Positions 21,414 through 35,027 of a stretch of 64,000 bases of DNA are shown in pieces; the first letter of the stretch is position 1; the number at the start of each line of letters is the position of its first letter. The translations under genes and the position numbers were made by a program. Origin of the DNA: Alphaproteobacteria bacterium (lineage in GTDB: Bacteria > Pseudomonadota > Alphaproteobacteria > MPNO01); assembly GCA_964291675.2 (NCBI GenBank), contig OZ219865.1, positions 448,001 through 512,000 of the forward strand. The letters run 5' to 3'. The notes under the pieces are model-generated. The model was not told where the DNA came from, did not search any database, and saw nothing but the letters and a program-made list of their open reading frames with translations.

Positions 21414-23513
21414 ATGAACGGCGGGCTTGGCAACGCGGGCTTTCTGCCGGGCAGCTTCTCCGGCCAGCGCGGCCGCTGGGTCCTCTGGCTGCCGGTCCTT
21501 CTCGGGCTCGGAATCGCGATCTATTTCGCGCTGCCGGTCGAACCGGCGCAGTGGACGATCGCGGTCCCGGCGGTGCTGATCGCTGCCGCCTGCGCGCTCC
21601 GGCGCAACGCCTTCGGCCCTGCCCTGATCGCTCTCGTCGCGCTCGCCGCCGGGTTCTCGCTTGCCCAGATCCGCGCGCTCGCGGTCGCCTCGCCGGTACT
21701 GGAACGACGCATCGGCCCGGTCGCGGTCAGCGGAACGATAGAAGCCGTCTCGCGGTCGAAGCGCGGCGGATGGCGTGTAACGATCGTCGAGCCCCGGATC
21801 GATCGCCTCGCTCGCGAAGCGACGCCGCGCCGCGTTCGGATCGGCATTCGCGCCGCCCGTCCTGTGCCCGAACCCGGCCGCCACCTGTCGGTGCGCGCGA
21901 TTCTCCAGCCGCCGCTCGCCCCCCTGGTTCCCGGCGGGTTCGATTTCGCGCGACGGGCGTGGTTCCTCGGCCTGGGCGCGGTCGGTTTTGCGGTCTCCCG
22001 GCCGACGGTCGTTTCGGCGCGGGACTCGCCCGGCTGGCGAATGCGCATCAACCGGCTGCGCCAGCATATAACCCGGCGCATCGCGTCTGCCCTCCCGGGC
22101 GCGGAAGGGGCGGTGGCGGCCGCCCTGACCACCGGCGAACGCGGTGCCATCCCGGAACGGGTGCTGGTCGCGATGCGCGATGCGGGGCTGGCTCACCTGC
22201 TCGCCATCTCGGGGCTCCACTTCTCGCTGGTGGCGGCCCTCCTGTTCGGCGGCATGCGCGCGGGTCTCGCCGCCATCCCGGCCGTCGCGCTGAGATACCC
22301 GATCAAGAAATGGGCGGCGGCGGGAGCGTTCGCGGGCGCCCTGGTCTACCTGATGATCTCGGGCGCCTCGATCCCCACCCAACGCGCCTTCCTCATGCTT
22401 TCCGCGGTGCTGCTGGCGGTGCTGCTGGACCGCGCGGCAATCTCGATGCGGCTCGTCGCGGCGGCCGCCGCGGTGGTGCTGGCGATCGCCCCGGAAAGCC
22501 TGCTGGGCGCGAGCTTCCAGATGTCTTTCGCGGCCGTGGTCGCCCTGGTCGCGGTCTACGAGTCGATTCGGGAACGGCTTGCCGGGCTGCGCGCAGATGC
22601 CGGGCTCCTGCGGCGCTTCGCCCTGTACGCGTTCGGTGTTGCCCTGACCACCCTGGTCGCCGGCCTCGCCACCGCTCCGTTCGCCGCCTATCACTTCAAC
22701 CGGCTCGCGGCGTTCGGCGTGGTGGCCAACCTGCTCGCCGTGCCGATTACCGGGCTGTGGATCATGCCCTGCGCCATCCTCGCCTTCCTCCTGATGCCGC
22801 TGGGCCTCGAGGGGCTCGCGCTTCAGCCCATGGGATGGGGGATCGCCAGCGTGATCGCCGTCGCCGAAACCGTCTCGTCCTGGCCGTCGGCGGTGCGTCT
22901 GGTTCCCGCTTTGCCGATCGCGTTCCTCGCGCTGGTCGCCGCTGGCGGGCTCTGGCTCTGCCTGTGGCGCGGCCGCCTGCGGGCGTTCGGGCTGATCGGC
23001 ATCGCGGCGGCGCTGCTGGTGGGCTGGCGCGAACGGCCCCCGGACATACTCGTCGGCCTGGACCCGGACGCTTTCGCGGTGCGCATCGCGGACGGCGTCG
23101 CGGTTGCACCGGGGACGCGCCGCTTCACCCGCGAGTATTGGCTGAGAAACGCCGGGCAGGCGAAAGCCGCAATATGGCCCGGCAGGCGCGGCGCCGGCCA
23201 ATCCGCGCTCGCCTGCGACGGGCTCGGATGCATGCTGCGCCGCGGCGGCACCTCTGTCGCCCTGGTTCTCGACCGTGCCGTCCTGGAGGAAGACTGCCAC
23301 CGGGCGGCGCTGCTGATCGCCGCGGTACCGGTCCCGCGGCGGCGATGCCGGGCACCCGACCGGCTGATCGACCGGTGGGAGCGTCGCCGCCAGGGCGCGC
23401 TCGCCATCTGGCTCGAGCCCGACGGCCCGCGGATCCTGAGCGCGCGCGACGTCCGGGGCGCGCGCCCGTGGACGGCTCAGTACCGGCGGAACAGGCAGAC
23501 CAGCCGGCCCTGA
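21414..23513 (+). CDS. comEC: ComEC/Rec2 competence protein (alphaproteobacterial form)
   Basis: [18 protein letters not shown], many TM segments; conserved gltX-comEC-lexA context. Confidence 0.92.
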   Translation: MNGGLGNAGFLPGSFSGQRGRWVLWLPVLLGLGIAIYFALPVEPAQWTIAVPAVLIAAACALRRNAFGPALIALVALAAGFSLAQIRALAVASPVLERRIGPVAVSGTIEAVSRSKRGGWRVTIVEPRIDRLAREATPRRVRIGIRAARPVPEPGRHLSVRAILQPPLAPLVPGGFDFARRAWFLGLGAVGFAVSRPTVVSARDSPGWRMRINRLRQHITRRIASALPGAEGAVAAALTTGERGAIPERVLVAMRDAGLAHLLAISGLHFSLVAALLFGGMRAGLAAIPAVALRYPIKKWAAAGAFAGALVYLMISGASIPTQRAFLMLSAVLLAVLLDRAAISMRLVAAAAAVVLAIAPESLLGASFQMSFAAVVALVAVYESIRERLAGLRADAGLLRRFALYAFGVALTTLVAGLATAPFAAYHFNRLAAFGVVANLLAVPITGLWIMPCAILAFLLMPLGLEGLALQPMGWGIASVIAVAETVSSWPSAVRLVPALPIAFLALVAAGGLWLCLWRGRLRAFGLIGIAAALLVGWRERPPDILVGLDPDAFAVRIADGVAVAPGTRRFTREYWLRNAGQAKAAIWPGRRGAGQSALACDGLGCMLRRGGTSVALVLDRAVLEEDCHRAALLIAAVPVPRRRCRAPDRLIDRWERRRQGALAIWLEPDGPRILSARDVRGARPWTAQYRRNRQTSRP

Positions 23514-24178
23514 ACCTTGACCTGGTCCGGGCCGAAGATGCGGGTCTCGTGTTTCGGGTTGGCGGGCTCCAGCGCTATCGAATCGCGGCGCCGCCGAAAC
23601 CGTTTCAGGGTCACTTCCTCGTCGCCGACCAGGGCGACCACGATATTTCCGTTCTCGGCCGTGTCGCCCCGCCGGATCACCGCGACATCGCCGTCGTGGA
23701 TGCCGGCCTCGACCATCGAATCCCCCTCGACTTCGAGGGCGTAGTGCTCGCCCGCGCCCAGCAGGGATTGGGGCATCGCGAAGCTTTGCGTGTTGTCGCG
23801 CAGCGCCTCGATGGGAACGCCGGCGGCGATCCGGCCATACAGCGGCAGCTCGACGAGCTGCTGGTCGTCGCCGCCGCTCGCGCCGCCGAGTTCGTGGGCG
23901 AAGTCGCCCTCGATGACCTTGGGCGCGAAGCTGGCGGCCCGCTTCGCCGCGCCTTCGGCCATGGTCTCCGGTCGGCGCAGCACCTCAAGGGCGCGCGCGC
24001 GGTGAGGCAGGCGGCGGAGGAAGCCGCGCTCCTCAAGGGCGACGATCAGGCGATGGATGCCCGATTTGGACTTGAGGTTGAGCGCCTCTTTCATCTCGTC
24101 GAAGGAGGGCGATACGCCGTGCTGGCCGATGAACGTGTCGATATAGGCCAGCAGCTCGTATTGTTTGGGTGTCAACAT
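23477..24178 (-). CDS. lexA: SOS repressor LexA
   Basis: [28 protein letters not shown] cleavage site, GDSM, TLKR. Confidence 0.98.
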   Translation of the reverse strand: MLTPKQYELLAYIDTFIGQHGVSPSFDEMKEALNLKSKSGIHRLIVALEERGFLRRLPHRARALEVLRRPETMAEGAAKRAASFAPKVIEGDFAHELGGASGGDDQQLVELPLYGRIAAGVPIEALRDNTQSFAMPQSLLGAGEHYALEVEGDSMVEAGIHDGDVAVIRRGDTAENGNIVVALVGDEEVTLKRFRRRRDSIALEPANPKHETRIFGPDQVKVQGRLVCLFRRY

Positions 24179-24212
24179 GGGTCACCGTCCGGCTCGATCG
24201 CTACCAGATATG

Positions 24213-24252
24213 GAACGAAACATAAACATGCCTACATGTTCTAGTAAAGTTC
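24213..24252. promoter_or_regulatory. Alphaproteobacterial LexA boxes upstream of lexA
   Basis: Perfect GTTC-N7-GTTC at 24238-24252 and GAAC-N7-AAAC at 24213-24227. Confidence 0.85.
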
Positions 24253-24293
24253 CAATCCCACGTCAACGATCCAGGGCGGATACCGATTCGTTT

Positions 24294-25514
24294 TCAGATT
24301 CGCACCGTGCCGCCTTCGAGCCGCAGGATGCGGACGGGCTCGCCCTTGGCGGCCGGCGGGGCAAAGGGCTCGCGGACGATCAGGCAGTCCGCGCGCGCCA
24401 TGTTGGCGAACATGGAGCTGTCCTGGATGTCGAACGGCGTCGCCGTCAGCCCGGCTTCGGCGTCCATCGCGAGCGAGGCGCGCAGATAGTCCTGTCGTTC
24501 GTCATTGGCGCGGAGACCGGCGCCGAGCCGCGCGGGCTCGCTTGCATCCGGCGACGCGGCGGCGGCCAGCATCGCCGACAGCGCGGGTTTGACGAAAATC
24601 ATCGCGCAGACCATCGACGAGACCGGGTTGCCCGGCAGGCCGAGCAGCGGCGTGCCGTCCAGGGCGCCGAAGATCAGCGGCTTTCCCGGGCGCATCGCTA
24701 TGCGCCAGAAATCGACCTTTAGCCCGACCTCGCCGAGGACGCTCTGCACCAGGTCGTGATCGCCCACAGACGCGCCGCCTGTGGTGAGCACCAGGTCGGC
24801 ACCGCGCGCGCCCGCCGCCATCGTCTTCAGGGTCTCGGCCGAATCCGGCGCAATCCCCAGATCGATGGGGTCCGCGCCGAGGGCGGCAACAAACCCGGCA
24901 AGCGCCAGCGCGTTGGAGCTCACGATCTGGTCGCGCCCGACCGGCTCTCCCGGCATGACGATCTCGTCGCCGGTCGCCAGGATCGCCACCCGGGGCTTGC
25001 GGCGGACCTTGAGCCAGGGCAGGTTCATCCCCGCCGCCAGCCCGACATCGCGCGCCGTCAGGATTCGGCCCGCCCCGAGCAGCACGTCGCCTTCCGAAAA
25101 GTCCAGCCCGGCGGGGCGGACGAAGCGCCCCTCCGGGGCCTCGCCGTCGACCACCTCGACGCGGCAATCGCCGGCATCCCTGGTGTTTTCCTGGATGACG
25201 ATGGCATCGGCGCCGTCGGGCACCGGCGCGCCGGTGAAGATGCGCACCGCTTCCCCGGGGCCGACCCTGCCCTCGAAGGCGCGTCCGGCCGGGGCGTAGC
25301 CGATCACGGAGAGATGGGCGGGGAGGGTCCGCACGTCTTCCGACCGGACCGCGTAGCCGTCCATCGCCGAGACGGGGAGGGGCGGCTGGGTGCGCCGGGC
25401 CGCCACGTCCTCGGCCAGCACCCGTCCGAGCGCCGCGCCGAGCCCGACCTGCTCGGCCGGCATCGGCCGGAGCGCCGCCAGGATGCGGCTCTGCGCTTCG
25501 CCGACCGAGATCAT
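24294..25514 (-). CDS. moeA: Molybdopterin molybdotransferase
   Basis: [31 protein letters not shown]. Confidence 0.96.
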   Translation of the reverse strand: MISVGEAQSRILAALRPMPAEQVGLGAALGRVLAEDVAARRTQPPLPVSAMDGYAVRSEDVRTLPAHLSVIGYAPAGRAFEGRVGPGEAVRIFTGAPVPDGADAIVIQENTRDAGDCRVEVVDGEAPEGRFVRPAGLDFSEGDVLLGAGRILTARDVGLAAGMNLPWLKVRRKPRVAILATGDEIVMPGEPVGRDQIVSSNALALAGFVAALGADPIDLGIAPDSAETLKTMAAGARGADLVLTTGGASVGDHDLVQSVLGEVGLKVDFWRIAMRPGKPLIFGALDGTPLLGLPGNPVSSMVCAMIFVKPALSAMLAAAASPDASEPARLGAGLRANDERQDYLRASLAMDAEAGLTATPFDIQDSSMFANMARADCLIVREPFAPPAAKGEPVRILRLEGGTVRI

Positions 25515-25990
25515 TCCGCGGCTTCGAAGGTGCCGGACCGGCCGCCCGCCTTGCGGACCAGCCGGATTTCGCCGATCGCCATCGCCCGGTCCACCGCCTT
25601 GCACATGTCGTAGACGGTCAGCGCCGCCACACTGACCGCCGTCAGCGCCTCCATCTCCACCCCGGTGCGTCCGGCGAGCCGGCAGGTGGCCTCGATCTCG
25701 ACCGCGGAGCGCTGCTCGTCGCAGCGCAAATCCACGTCGATCGCGGTCAGCGCCAGCGGGTGGCAGAGCGGGATGAGCTCGGACGTCCGCTTCGCCGCCA
25801 TGATCCCGGCGAGGCGGGCGACGCTCAGCACGTCGCCCTTGGCGACGACGCCGGCGGCGACCCTGCGCAGCGTGTCGGGCGCCATCGAGACCGAGCCCCT
25901 TGCGGTCGCCATGCGTCGGGTCACGTCCTTGTCCGAGACGTCCACCATGACCGCCTTGCCCTCGGCGTCGATATGGCTGAATTCGGCCAT
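25511..25990 (-). CDS. moaC: Cyclic pyranopterin monophosphate synthase
   Basis: [22 protein letters not shown]. Confidence 0.98.
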   Translation of the reverse strand: MAEFSHIDAEGKAVMVDVSDKDVTRRMATARGSVSMAPDTLRRVAAGVVAKGDVLSVARLAGIMAAKRTSELIPLCHPLALTAIDVDLRCDEQRSAVEIEATCRLAGRTGVEMEALTAVSVAALTVYDMCKAVDRAMAIGEIRLVRKAGGRSGTFEAAE

Positions 25991-25994
25991 CCCG

Positions 25995-26795
25995 TCAGGC
26001 CGCCTTGCGGCGCAGCAGCGCCGCGGTCGCGGCGCGGACGTCGGGCTGGCTCATCAGCGCCTCGCCGATCAGGAAGCTGGTCACCCCGACGGCCTCCATG
26101 GAGGCGAGGTCGTCCGGGCTGGAGAGGCCGCTCTCTCCCACCACCAGCCGGTCGCGGGGCACCAGCGGGGCCAGCCTGCGGGTGGTCGCGATGTCGGTCT
26201 CCAGCGTCTTCAGGTTGCGGTTGTTGATGCCGATCGGCCCGTCGCCGATCGGGAGGGCGCGTTCCAGCTCGGGCTCGTCATGCACCTCGATCAGAACGTC
26301 CATCGCGAGCTCCCCGGCCAGCGCCGCAAGCTCCCCGGCGAGCGCGTCCTCCAGCGCCGCCATGATCAGCAGAACGCAGTCCGCGCCGATCGCGCGCGCC
26401 TCGGCGATCTGGTAGGGATCGAGCATGAAATCCTTGCGCAGCACCGGCAGCCCGACCGCCGCGCGGGCCGTCGACAGGTGCCCGTCGTCGCCCTGGAAAT
26501 AGGGCGGATCGGTCAGCACCGACAGGCAGGTCGCGCCTCCGGCCTCGTAGTCGCGGGCGAGCTCGGCCGGATCGAAATCCTTGCGAATCAGGCCTTTGCT
26601 CGGCGATGCTCGCTTGATTTCCGCGATCAGCCCGTAATCTCCCCGCGCCCGCGCGTGCCGGAGCCGGGCCGCGAAACCGCGCGGCGGCGCGGCTGCCGCG
26701 GCCTCGTCGAGCACGGCGTTCATCGACCGGCGCCGTTTGCAGGCAGCGACATGCTCCCGCTTGACCGTGCAGATCTCCCGCAGCACGTCGCTCAT
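25995..26795 (-). CDS. trpC: Indole-3-glycerol phosphate synthase
   Basis: [25 protein letters not shown]. Confidence 0.97.
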   Translation of the reverse strand: MSDVLREICTVKREHVAACKRRRSMNAVLDEAAAAAPPRGFAARLRHARARGDYGLIAEIKRASPSKGLIRKDFDPAELARDYEAGGATCLSVLTDPPYFQGDDGHLSTARAAVGLPVLRKDFMLDPYQIAEARAIGADCVLLIMAALEDALAGELAALAGELAMDVLIEVHDEPELERALPIGDGPIGINNRNLKTLETDIATTRRLAPLVPRDRLVVGESGLSSPDDLASMEAVGVTSFLIGEALMSQPDVRAATAALLRRKAA

Positions 26796-27832
26796 CGCGA
26801 CTCGTCGCCCCGGTTCGAGATCTCGACCATCCGGGCGAGCGCGCCGCGCGCCTTGCCCTCGTCGATCGAGCGCGCCGCGAGCGCCGCGCCCTCGGCCAGG
26901 TCGGCGGCCACACCGGCCACCACCAGCGAACCCGCCGCCGTCATGATGGCGCTGTCGCGATAGGTGCCGGGCTTGCCGTCGAGCAGGGCGCGGAGCCGCT
27001 CGGCGTTGTAGGTCCCGGTGCCGCCCTTGAGGTCCTCGATCCGGCCCTCGGAGAGGCCGGCATCGGCGGCGGTGACGGTGAAGCTGCGCACCGCTCCGTC
27101 CGACCATTCGGCCACCGTCGTCTCCCCGGCGGAGGTGAGCTCGTCGAGCCCGCCCGCGCCATGGACCACCCAGGCCCGCTCGGAACCCAGGCGGCCCAGC
27201 ACCTCGGCCAGCGGTTCGACCCACTCCCCGGCGAACACGCCGACCAGCAGCCGGCGCACGAAGGCCGGGTTGGAGAGCGGGCCGAGCAGGTTGAAGATGG
27301 TGCGTACGGCGAGCTCCACCCTCGGCCCGGCGACATGCCGGGTGGCGCTGTGATGCCGCGGCGCCATCATGAAACCGATCCCGGCCTCGCGGATGGATTC
27401 CTCGATCAGCGGGAACGCGGCGTCGATATTGACCCCGAGCGCGGTCAACACGTCCGCCGCCCCGGCCCGCGACGACAGCGCGCGGTTGCCGTGCTTGGCG
27501 ACCGGTATGCCGCAGCCGGCCACCACCAGCGCGGCGGCGGTGGATATGTTGAGCGTGCCCGCGCCGTCGCCGCCGGTGCCGACCACGTCGACCGCGTTGT
27601 CCGGCGCGCCGATCCGCGCCGCCTTGGCGCGCATGGTCCGTGCCGCCCCGGTGATCTCGTCCACCGTCTCGCCGCGCAGCCTGAGGGCCATCAGGAACGC
27701 GCCGATCTGCGCCGGCGTGGCGTTGCCGGTCATGATGGTATCGAACGCGCGCTCGGCCTCCCCTTCGCTGAGGCGATGCCCGTCCGCGACCCGGCCCAAC
27801 ACGCTCTTGAAAGCGTCGAAATCTTCACTCAT
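26792..27832 (-). CDS. trpD: Anthranilate phosphoribosyltransferase
   Basis: GTGGDG..NIST, KHGNR. Confidence 0.97.
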   Translation of the reverse strand: MSEDFDAFKSVLGRVADGHRLSEGEAERAFDTIMTGNATPAQIGAFLMALRLRGETVDEITGAARTMRAKAARIGAPDNAVDVVGTGGDGAGTLNISTAAALVVAGCGIPVAKHGNRALSSRAGAADVLTALGVNIDAAFPLIEESIREAGIGFMMAPRHHSATRHVAGPRVELAVRTIFNLLGPLSNPAFVRRLLVGVFAGEWVEPLAEVLGRLGSERAWVVHGAGGLDELTSAGETTVAEWSDGAVRSFTVTAADAGLSEGRIEDLKGGTGTYNAERLRALLDGKPGTYRDSAIMTAAGSLVVAGVAADLAEGAALAARSIDEGKARGALARMVEISNRGDESR

Positions 27833-27940
27833 GGCTACGAATCGGTTCCGAAAAAGACAAAAATAATAGGGTATTGACGACCTGTTCTAAAGCACTGTTT
27901 CAATTCTGCCCGACCTCGCGCGCCGCCCATTGGGGCGGGC

Positions 27941-29845
27941 TCAAGGCCGGATCGCGCCCTCGTCGAACAGCCGCTGGAGGGCGCCGGAGTTCACCGTTAC
28001 CGAGTAGACCCCGCGCAATGCATCGGTGTACTGGGCGAGGAGATCCGACGCCATCGCGCCCCTTACCTGCTCGCGGATCCCGTCGAGCCCGTCCTTGTCG
28101 GCGGACGGATTCGCCGGTTCGATCCGGTGTAGCGCCGCCACCGCGAACCCCTTTTCCGTCGGGCCCAGGAACGCTTCGCCCTGCCTGGCCTCGAACAACG
28201 GCGTCGCAAGCGAGGATGGGAGCGGCGTGTCGCCGCCCTGGTCGAAGCGTGTAAAGGGGGAGGAGGTCTTTGCCGTCAGCCCCATTTCCCGGGCCGCGGT
28301 ATCGAAGCTGCGTCCGGCCTTGACCTCGCCCAGCAGCTTGTCCGCGCGCTCCTTGGCCGCGGCGTTGAGGCGGTCCAGCCGCCAGGCGGCGGCGACCTTC
28401 TCGCGGACCCGGTCGAACGGTTCGAGCGCCGGCGGGACCACCCTGTCGACCCGGAGCAGGAAATAGCCGCCTTCCGCGGTGTCGATCAGGTCGCTCGTCT
28501 GGCCGTTGCCCGTCTCGAAGGCCGCGTCCAGGAACCGTCGCAGCGTCAGCAGGCCGTCCTCGGGATCGCCGTCGGCGGACCGTCCGCTGCGCTCCACTTC
28601 ACGCAGCTTGAGCAGCTTGGCATTGACCTGGCCCGCCGCCTCCTCCAGCGACGCGCCGCCCGCCAGCGTGTCCTCGACCTGGTTCGCCAGCTTGACCAGC
28701 GCGTCGACCGCCTGTTCGCGGGCAAGGTCCTCGCGGATCTTCGCCCTGACTTCGCCGAATTCGGGGGTCCGGCCCGGTTCGATCCCCTCCACCAGCAGGA
28801 TGTGCCAGCCGAGCGGCGAACGGACCGGCTGGCTCGGAGTGTTCGCTTGCAGCGCAAACGCCGCATCGGCGATCTCCTGCGGCAGCTCCGCCCTGGTGAG
28901 CGAGCCGAGCGAGACCGCTTCCTTATCCATCCCGGCGACCGCGACGGCGACATCGGAGATGTCGCGCCCGCTCCTCAGCGCATCGATCGCGCGCTTCGCC
29001 GTGGCCTCGTCGGCGACGACGATCTGGGAGATGCGTCGACGTTCGGGGACCGAAAGCTGTTCGAGGCGGTGCTCGTATTCGGCGCGCAACGCCTCTTCCC
29101 CGGGCTCGATCTCGGCCGCGACATCCGCGGGGTTGAGGTGGAGCGCCGTCAGGTCGCGCCTCTCCGGCGCGGTGAACGCGGCGGCGTTTTCCTTGTGGAA
29201 ATCGGTGAGCACGCTGTCCCCGGGCGCGGACAGCGTGCTCTCCGGCGGCCGGGCAATCTCGACGAAGCGGGCGATCCGCTTGTCGTTGCGGAAATGGTAG
29301 AGCGACCTGACCAGCCGGTCGGGCGCGGCGCTGGCGCCGTGCAGAACGCCCGTCAAATGCGACATCTTGATCTGCTGGCGCACATCCTCGACATAGCGCT
29401 GTTCGGGGATGCCGACCCGGTTGAGCGCGCTCTCGAAGAGCATGCGGTCGAAGCTGCCGTCGGGGCCATGAAAAGCCGGCTCCGCGTGCAGCTGGCGCAC
29501 CACCTGGTCGTCGCCCACGATGACGCCGTTGTCCTCGGCATAGAGGTCCAGCAGACGTTGCGAGATCAGCCCCTCGACCGTGTTCTCCGCGACGCCGAGA
29601 TCGCGCGCCTGCTCCGAATCGAAATCGGCGCCGAACGTCGCGCGCAGCCTCTCGACCTCGCGGCGGAAGGCGGCGCCGAACTCGTTGGCGGTGATCTTGC
29701 TGTCGCCCACCTCCGCCACGTCGGTGGGAAGCCCGGTCGCCCGGATCATGTCCTCGACGCCCCAGGCGGCGAAGCTGATGATCAGCAGCACGGCAAGAAC
29801 CCGCACCACCCAGGTGGCGGCCTTGTTCTTCATCGCCTGAAGCAT
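27941..29845 (-). CDS. ppiD: PpiD/SurA-family peptidyl-prolyl isomerase (periplasmic folding chaperone)
   Basis: N-terminal TM (IISFAAWG), SurA-N domain, parvulin-like SPLGWHI; divergent from tpiA. Confidence 0.88.
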   Translation of the reverse strand: MLQAMKNKAATWVVRVLAVLLIISFAAWGVEDMIRATGLPTDVAEVGDSKITANEFGAAFRREVERLRATFGADFDSEQARDLGVAENTVEGLISQRLLDLYAEDNGVIVGDDQVVRQLHAEPAFHGPDGSFDRMLFESALNRVGIPEQRYVEDVRQQIKMSHLTGVLHGASAAPDRLVRSLYHFRNDKRIARFVEIARPPESTLSAPGDSVLTDFHKENAAAFTAPERRDLTALHLNPADVAAEIEPGEEALRAEYEHRLEQLSVPERRRISQIVVADEATAKRAIDALRSGRDISDVAVAVAGMDKEAVSLGSLTRAELPQEIADAAFALQANTPSQPVRSPLGWHILLVEGIEPGRTPEFGEVRAKIREDLAREQAVDALVKLANQVEDTLAGGASLEEAAGQVNAKLLKLREVERSGRSADGDPEDGLLTLRRFLDAAFETGNGQTSDLIDTAEGGYFLLRVDRVVPPALEPFDRVREKVAAAWRLDRLNAAAKERADKLLGEVKAGRSFDTAAREMGLTAKTSSPFTRFDQGGDTPLPSSLATPLFEARQGEAFLGPTEKGFAVAALHRIEPANPSADKDGLDGIREQVRGAMASDLLAQYTDALRGVYSVTVNSGALQRLFDEGAIRP

Positions 29846-30012
29846 GGTGCCGGTTCCCGGTTCGGTCGGCCGCGCCGACGGATGGACCACGCGGCTATAT
29901 CTATTGGCTGCGGGATGGGACCGCAACCGCCGACGCGCGCATTCGGTTTCCCGGCCCGGCGCCGCCGTGCTAGAAATCCGACCCGTCCGAACCGCCTCGC
30001 AAACTGCGCTCC

Positions 30013-30768
30013 ATGACCGATTCCCTCCGCCCGCTGGTTGCGGGGAACTGGAAGATGAACGGCTCGCGCGCGATGACGCGCGACCTGCTGGCATCGCTCG
30101 GCGCCGCGCTGGACGGTGCGGGCGGCGCGCCGTGCGAAATCGTCGTCTGCCCGCCCGCCCCCTATCTCGCGGATGCCGCGCGGGCGCTCGCGTCGATCCC
30201 CGGGATCGCGCTCGGCGCGCAGGACTGCCACTCGGCGGACTCGGGCGCCCACACCGGCGACGTCGCCGCGGCGATGCTCGCCGATCTCGGCTGCCTGTAT
30301 GCGATCGTCGGGCATTCGGAACGGCGCGGCGGCCACGGAGAAGACAGCGCGGCGGTCAAGGCCAAGGCGGCGGCGGCGATCGCGGCGGGGCTCGGCGCCA
30401 TCGTCTGCGTCGGCGAGACCGGCGCCGACCGCGAGGCCGGAAGGGCGGAAGCGGTGGTCGGCGAGCAGCTCGATGCCTCGCTGCCCGACGGGGCAGGCGC
30501 CGAAAACTGCGTGATCGCATACGAGCCCGTCTGGGCCATCGGAACCGGCCATACCCCGACCCCGGCGGAGATCGCCGGAATCCACGCCTCTATCCGGGCG
30601 CGGCTGGACCGGCACCTCGCCTATGGTGTGCGCATTCTCTACGGCGGCTCGGTCAAGCCGGAAAACGCCGCCGCGATACTGGCGCTCGCCGATGTCGACG
30701 GCGCCCTGGTGGGCGGTGCGAGCCTCGACGCCGACGCTTTCTGGTCGATATGTCGATCATGTCCATAG
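30013..30768 (+). CDS. tpiA: Triosephosphate isomerase
   Basis: AGNWKMN, GHSERR, AYEPVWAIGTG. Confidence 0.98.
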   Translation: MTDSLRPLVAGNWKMNGSRAMTRDLLASLGAALDGAGGAPCEIVVCPPAPYLADAARALASIPGIALGAQDCHSADSGAHTGDVAAAMLADLGCLYAIVGHSERRGGHGEDSAAVKAKAAAAIAAGLGAIVCVGETGADREAGRAEAVVGEQLDASLPDGAGAENCVIAYEPVWAIGTGHTPTPAEIAGIHASIRARLDRHLAYGVRILYGGSVKPENAAAILALADVDGALVGGASLDADAFWSICRSCP

Positions 30769-30829
30769 AAATTGCGGCCCAATGGCGCTACATCATTGCC
30801 GGCGCTGACCGCAGGAAGGCCTGCCCGAC

Positions 30830-31147
30830 ATGATCGCTATCATTCTCGTGGTTCATCTTTTCATCGCCATCGCGCTGGTCGCGGTGGTGCTCGTGCAGCG
30901 ATCCGAAGGGGGCGGGCTCGGCATCGGCGGCGGCACGATGGGCGGGCTGATGACGACCCGCGGATCGGCCAACCTGCTGACCCGGGTGACCGCCGGGCTG
31001 GCGGTCTGTTTCATGGCGACCAGCATCGTGCTCGCGATCCTGTCGGGCGCGGGCCAGCAGCCGCGCTCCGTGCTCGACCAGCCGGTGCAGCCGGCGCCTG
31101 TCCAGCCCACCGAACCCCAGCCGCCGAGCGTTCCCTTGGCGCGCTGA
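30830..31147 (+). CDS. secG: Preprotein translocase subunit SecG
   Basis: Two TMs, [19 protein letters not shown]. Confidence 0.95.
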   Translation: MIAIILVVHLFIAIALVAVVLVQRSEGGGLGIGGGTMGGLMTTRGSANLLTRVTAGLAVCFMATSIVLAILSGAGQQPRSVLDQPVQPAPVQPTEPQPPSVPLAR

Positions 31148-31232
31148 GGGAGCATTTCGGCAACGCGTTGCCATAGACCGGAGCGAGCGCGCCACGCCGG
31201 GAGAAACGCGCCGCGACGGCGAACGAGGGGCG

Positions 31233-32861
31233 ATGACACGCTATATCTTCATCACCGGCGGCGTCGTCTCCTCTCTCGGCAAGGGGCTCGCCTCCGCCGC
31301 GCTCGGCGCGCTGCTCCAGGCGCGCGGCTACAGGGTGCGGCTGCGCAAGCTCGACCCCTATCTCAATGTCGACCCGGGCACGATGAGCCCGACCCAGCAC
31401 GGCGAGGTCTACGTGACCGACGACGGCGCGGAAACCGATCTCGACCTCGGCCATTACGAGCGGTTCACCGGCGTGCCCGCTAGCCAGAGCGACAACGTGA
31501 CCACGGGGCGGATCTATCAGGACGTGATAGAGCGCGAGCGGCGGGGCGACTATCTCGGGGCGACGATCCAGGTCATCCCGCACGTCACCGACGCGATCAA
31601 GGCGTTCATCTCTGCCGATGCCGGCGACGTGGATTTCATCCTGTGCGAAATCGGCGGCACGGTGGGCGACATCGAAAGCCTGCCGTTCCTCGAGGCGATC
31701 CGTCAGAAGGCCAACGAGCTCGGCCGCGACCGGGCGATGAACGTGCATCTGACGCTGGTTCCCTATTTGCAATCGGCGCGGGAGCTGAAGACCAAACCCA
31801 CCCAGCATTCGGTGAAGGAGCTGCAGAGCGTCGGCATCCAGCCCGACCTCATCCTGTGTCGCTGCGAGCAGGACGTGCCGCTCGACGACCGCCGGAAGAT
31901 CGCCCTGTTCTGCAACGTGCCCGTCGACAACGCGATCGCGGCGCCCGACATGGACACCATCTACGAGGTGCCGATCTCCTATCACGAGCGCGGGTTCGAC
32001 GTTCAGGTGTGCCGCCATTTCAGCTTGCAGGACGAGCCCGGACCCGATCTCACGCGCTGGAGCGAGATCGTCCAGCGGATCAGGAGCCCGGAGGGGGAGG
32101 TGGCGATCGCGGTGGTCGGCAAGTACACCACGGTCCTCGATTCCTACAAGTCGCTCGCCGAGGCGCTGGAGCACGGCGGCATCGCCAATCGCGTGAAGGT
32201 GCGGCTGGAGTGGCTCGATTCCGAGATCTTCGAATCCGAGGACGCGGTTCACCACCTGTCCGGGGTCGAGGGGATCCTGGTGCCCGGCGGGTTCGGCGAA
32301 CGCGGCACCGAGGGCAAGATCGCGGCCGCCCGCTTCGCGCGGGAGCACAACGTTCCCTATCTCGGAATCTGTTTCGGCATGCAGATGGCGGTCATCGAAG
32401 CGGCGCGCAACCTCGCCGGCATCGGCGGTGCCGGATCGACCGAGTTCGGGCCGGCGCCCGAGCCCGTCGTCGGCCTGCTCAGCGAGTGGATCAAGGGCGA
32501 CCGGATCGAGCAGCGCGGGCTCGACGACGACCTCGGGGGCACGATGCGGCTGGGGGCGTATGACTGCGCGATCCAGGCCCGCTCGCTGGCGGAGGAGATC
32601 TACCGCCGGAAGGTGATCAGCGAGCGCCACCGCCACCGCTACGAGGTCAACATCAACTATCGCGGCCGGCTCGAACAGGCGGGGCTGGTGTTCTCCGGCC
32701 TGTCGCCCGACGGGATGCTGCCGGAGATCGTCGAGCTGCCGGCGCATCCCTGGTATCTCGGCGTGCAATTCCACCCGGAGCTCAAGTCGAAGCCGTTCGA
32801 TCCGCACCCCGTCTTTCGATCCTTCATCCGCGCCGCGATAGAACGTTCCCGGCTGGTGTAG
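31233..32861 (+). CDS. pyrG: CTP synthase
   Basis: [23 protein letters not shown]. Confidence 0.98.
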   Translation: MTRYIFITGGVVSSLGKGLASAALGALLQARGYRVRLRKLDPYLNVDPGTMSPTQHGEVYVTDDGAETDLDLGHYERFTGVPASQSDNVTTGRIYQDVIERERRGDYLGATIQVIPHVTDAIKAFISADAGDVDFILCEIGGTVGDIESLPFLEAIRQKANELGRDRAMNVHLTLVPYLQSARELKTKPTQHSVKELQSVGIQPDLILCRCEQDVPLDDRRKIALFCNVPVDNAIAAPDMDTIYEVPISYHERGFDVQVCRHFSLQDEPGPDLTRWSEIVQRIRSPEGEVAIAVVGKYTTVLDSYKSLAEALEHGGIANRVKVRLEWLDSEIFESEDAVHHLSGVEGILVPGGFGERGTEGKIAAARFAREHNVPYLGICFGMQMAVIEAARNLAGIGGAGSTEFGPAPEPVVGLLSEWIKGDRIEQRGLDDDLGGTMRLGAYDCAIQARSLAEEIYRRKVISERHRHRYEVNINYRGRLEQAGLVFSGLSPDGMLPEIVELPAHPWYLGVQFHPELKSKPFDPHPVFRSFIRAAIERSRLV

Positions 32862-32864
32862 ACG

Positions 32865-33710
32865 ATGGACGCTCCGCATCGGATTCGCATCGGCCCGGTC
32901 GAGCTGGCCAACGACGCCCCGCTCGCGCTGATCTCCGGGCCGTGCCAGATCGAGAGCCGCGAACACGCGCTCGACTGCGCCGGGCGGCTGGTCGACATCG
33001 CCGGTCGAGCGGGGGTGGCGCTGATCTACAAGTCGTCCTTCGACAAGGCCAACCGGACGTCCCTCGCCGCCCGACGGGGGATCGGTATCGACGAGGGGCT
33101 GGATATTCTCGCCGAGATCCGCGACCGCTGCGGCTGCCCCGTGCTGACCGACGTCCACCTGCCCGAGCAATGCGCCATGGCGGCGGCGCGGGTCGATGTG
33201 CTGCAGATCCCCGCCTTCCTCTGCCGCCAGACCGATCTGGTGGTCGCCGCCGCGGAGACCGGGAAGCCGCTCAACATCAAGAAGGGTCAGTTCCTCGCTC
33301 CCTGGGACATGGTCAACGTGGTCGAGAAGGCGCGCGCCTCGGGCAATCGCGACGTGATGGTCTGCGAACGCGGCGCGAGCTTCGGCTACAACGCGCTGGT
33401 CAACGACATGCGCGCCCTGCCGCAGCTCGCCGAGACCGGGTGTCCGGTGGTCTTCGACGCGACCCATTCGGTGCAGCAGCCGGGCGGCCTCGGCGCGGCG
33501 AGCGGGGGACAGCGGGAGTTCGTTCCCGTGCTGGCGCGGGCGGCGGTCGCCATCGGCGTCGCGGCGGTGTTCATGGAATCCCATCCCGACCCGGACAACG
33601 CCCCCTCCGACGGTCCCGCTATGGTCCCGCTGGACGGGCTCGCGCCGCTGCTCGAACAGCTCGTCGCCGTCGACCGGTTGAGCAAGAGCCTGCCGCGGCT
33701 CGCGCTCTGA
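32865..33710 (+). CDS. kdsA: KDO-8-phosphate synthase
   Basis: [29 protein letters not shown]. Confidence 0.98.
   Translation: MDAPHRIRIGPVELANDAPLALISGPCQIESREHALDCAGRLVDIAGRAGVALIYKSSFDKANRTSLAARRGIGIDEGLDILAEIRDRCGCPVLTDVHLPEQCAMAAARVDVLQIPAFLCRQTDLVVAAAETGKPLNIKKGQFLAPWDMVNVVEKARASGNRDVMVCERGASFGYNALVNDMRALPQLAETGCPVVFDATHSVQQPGGLGAASGGQREFVPVLARAAVAIGVAAVFMESHPDPDNAPSDGPAMVPLDGLAPLLEQLVAVDRLSKSLPRLAL

Positions 33711-35027
<1,317 letters not shown>

Noticed and set aside
27884-27900. GTTC...GTTT upstream of trpD as a LexA box
   Set aside because: Spacing is 9 nt, not 7.
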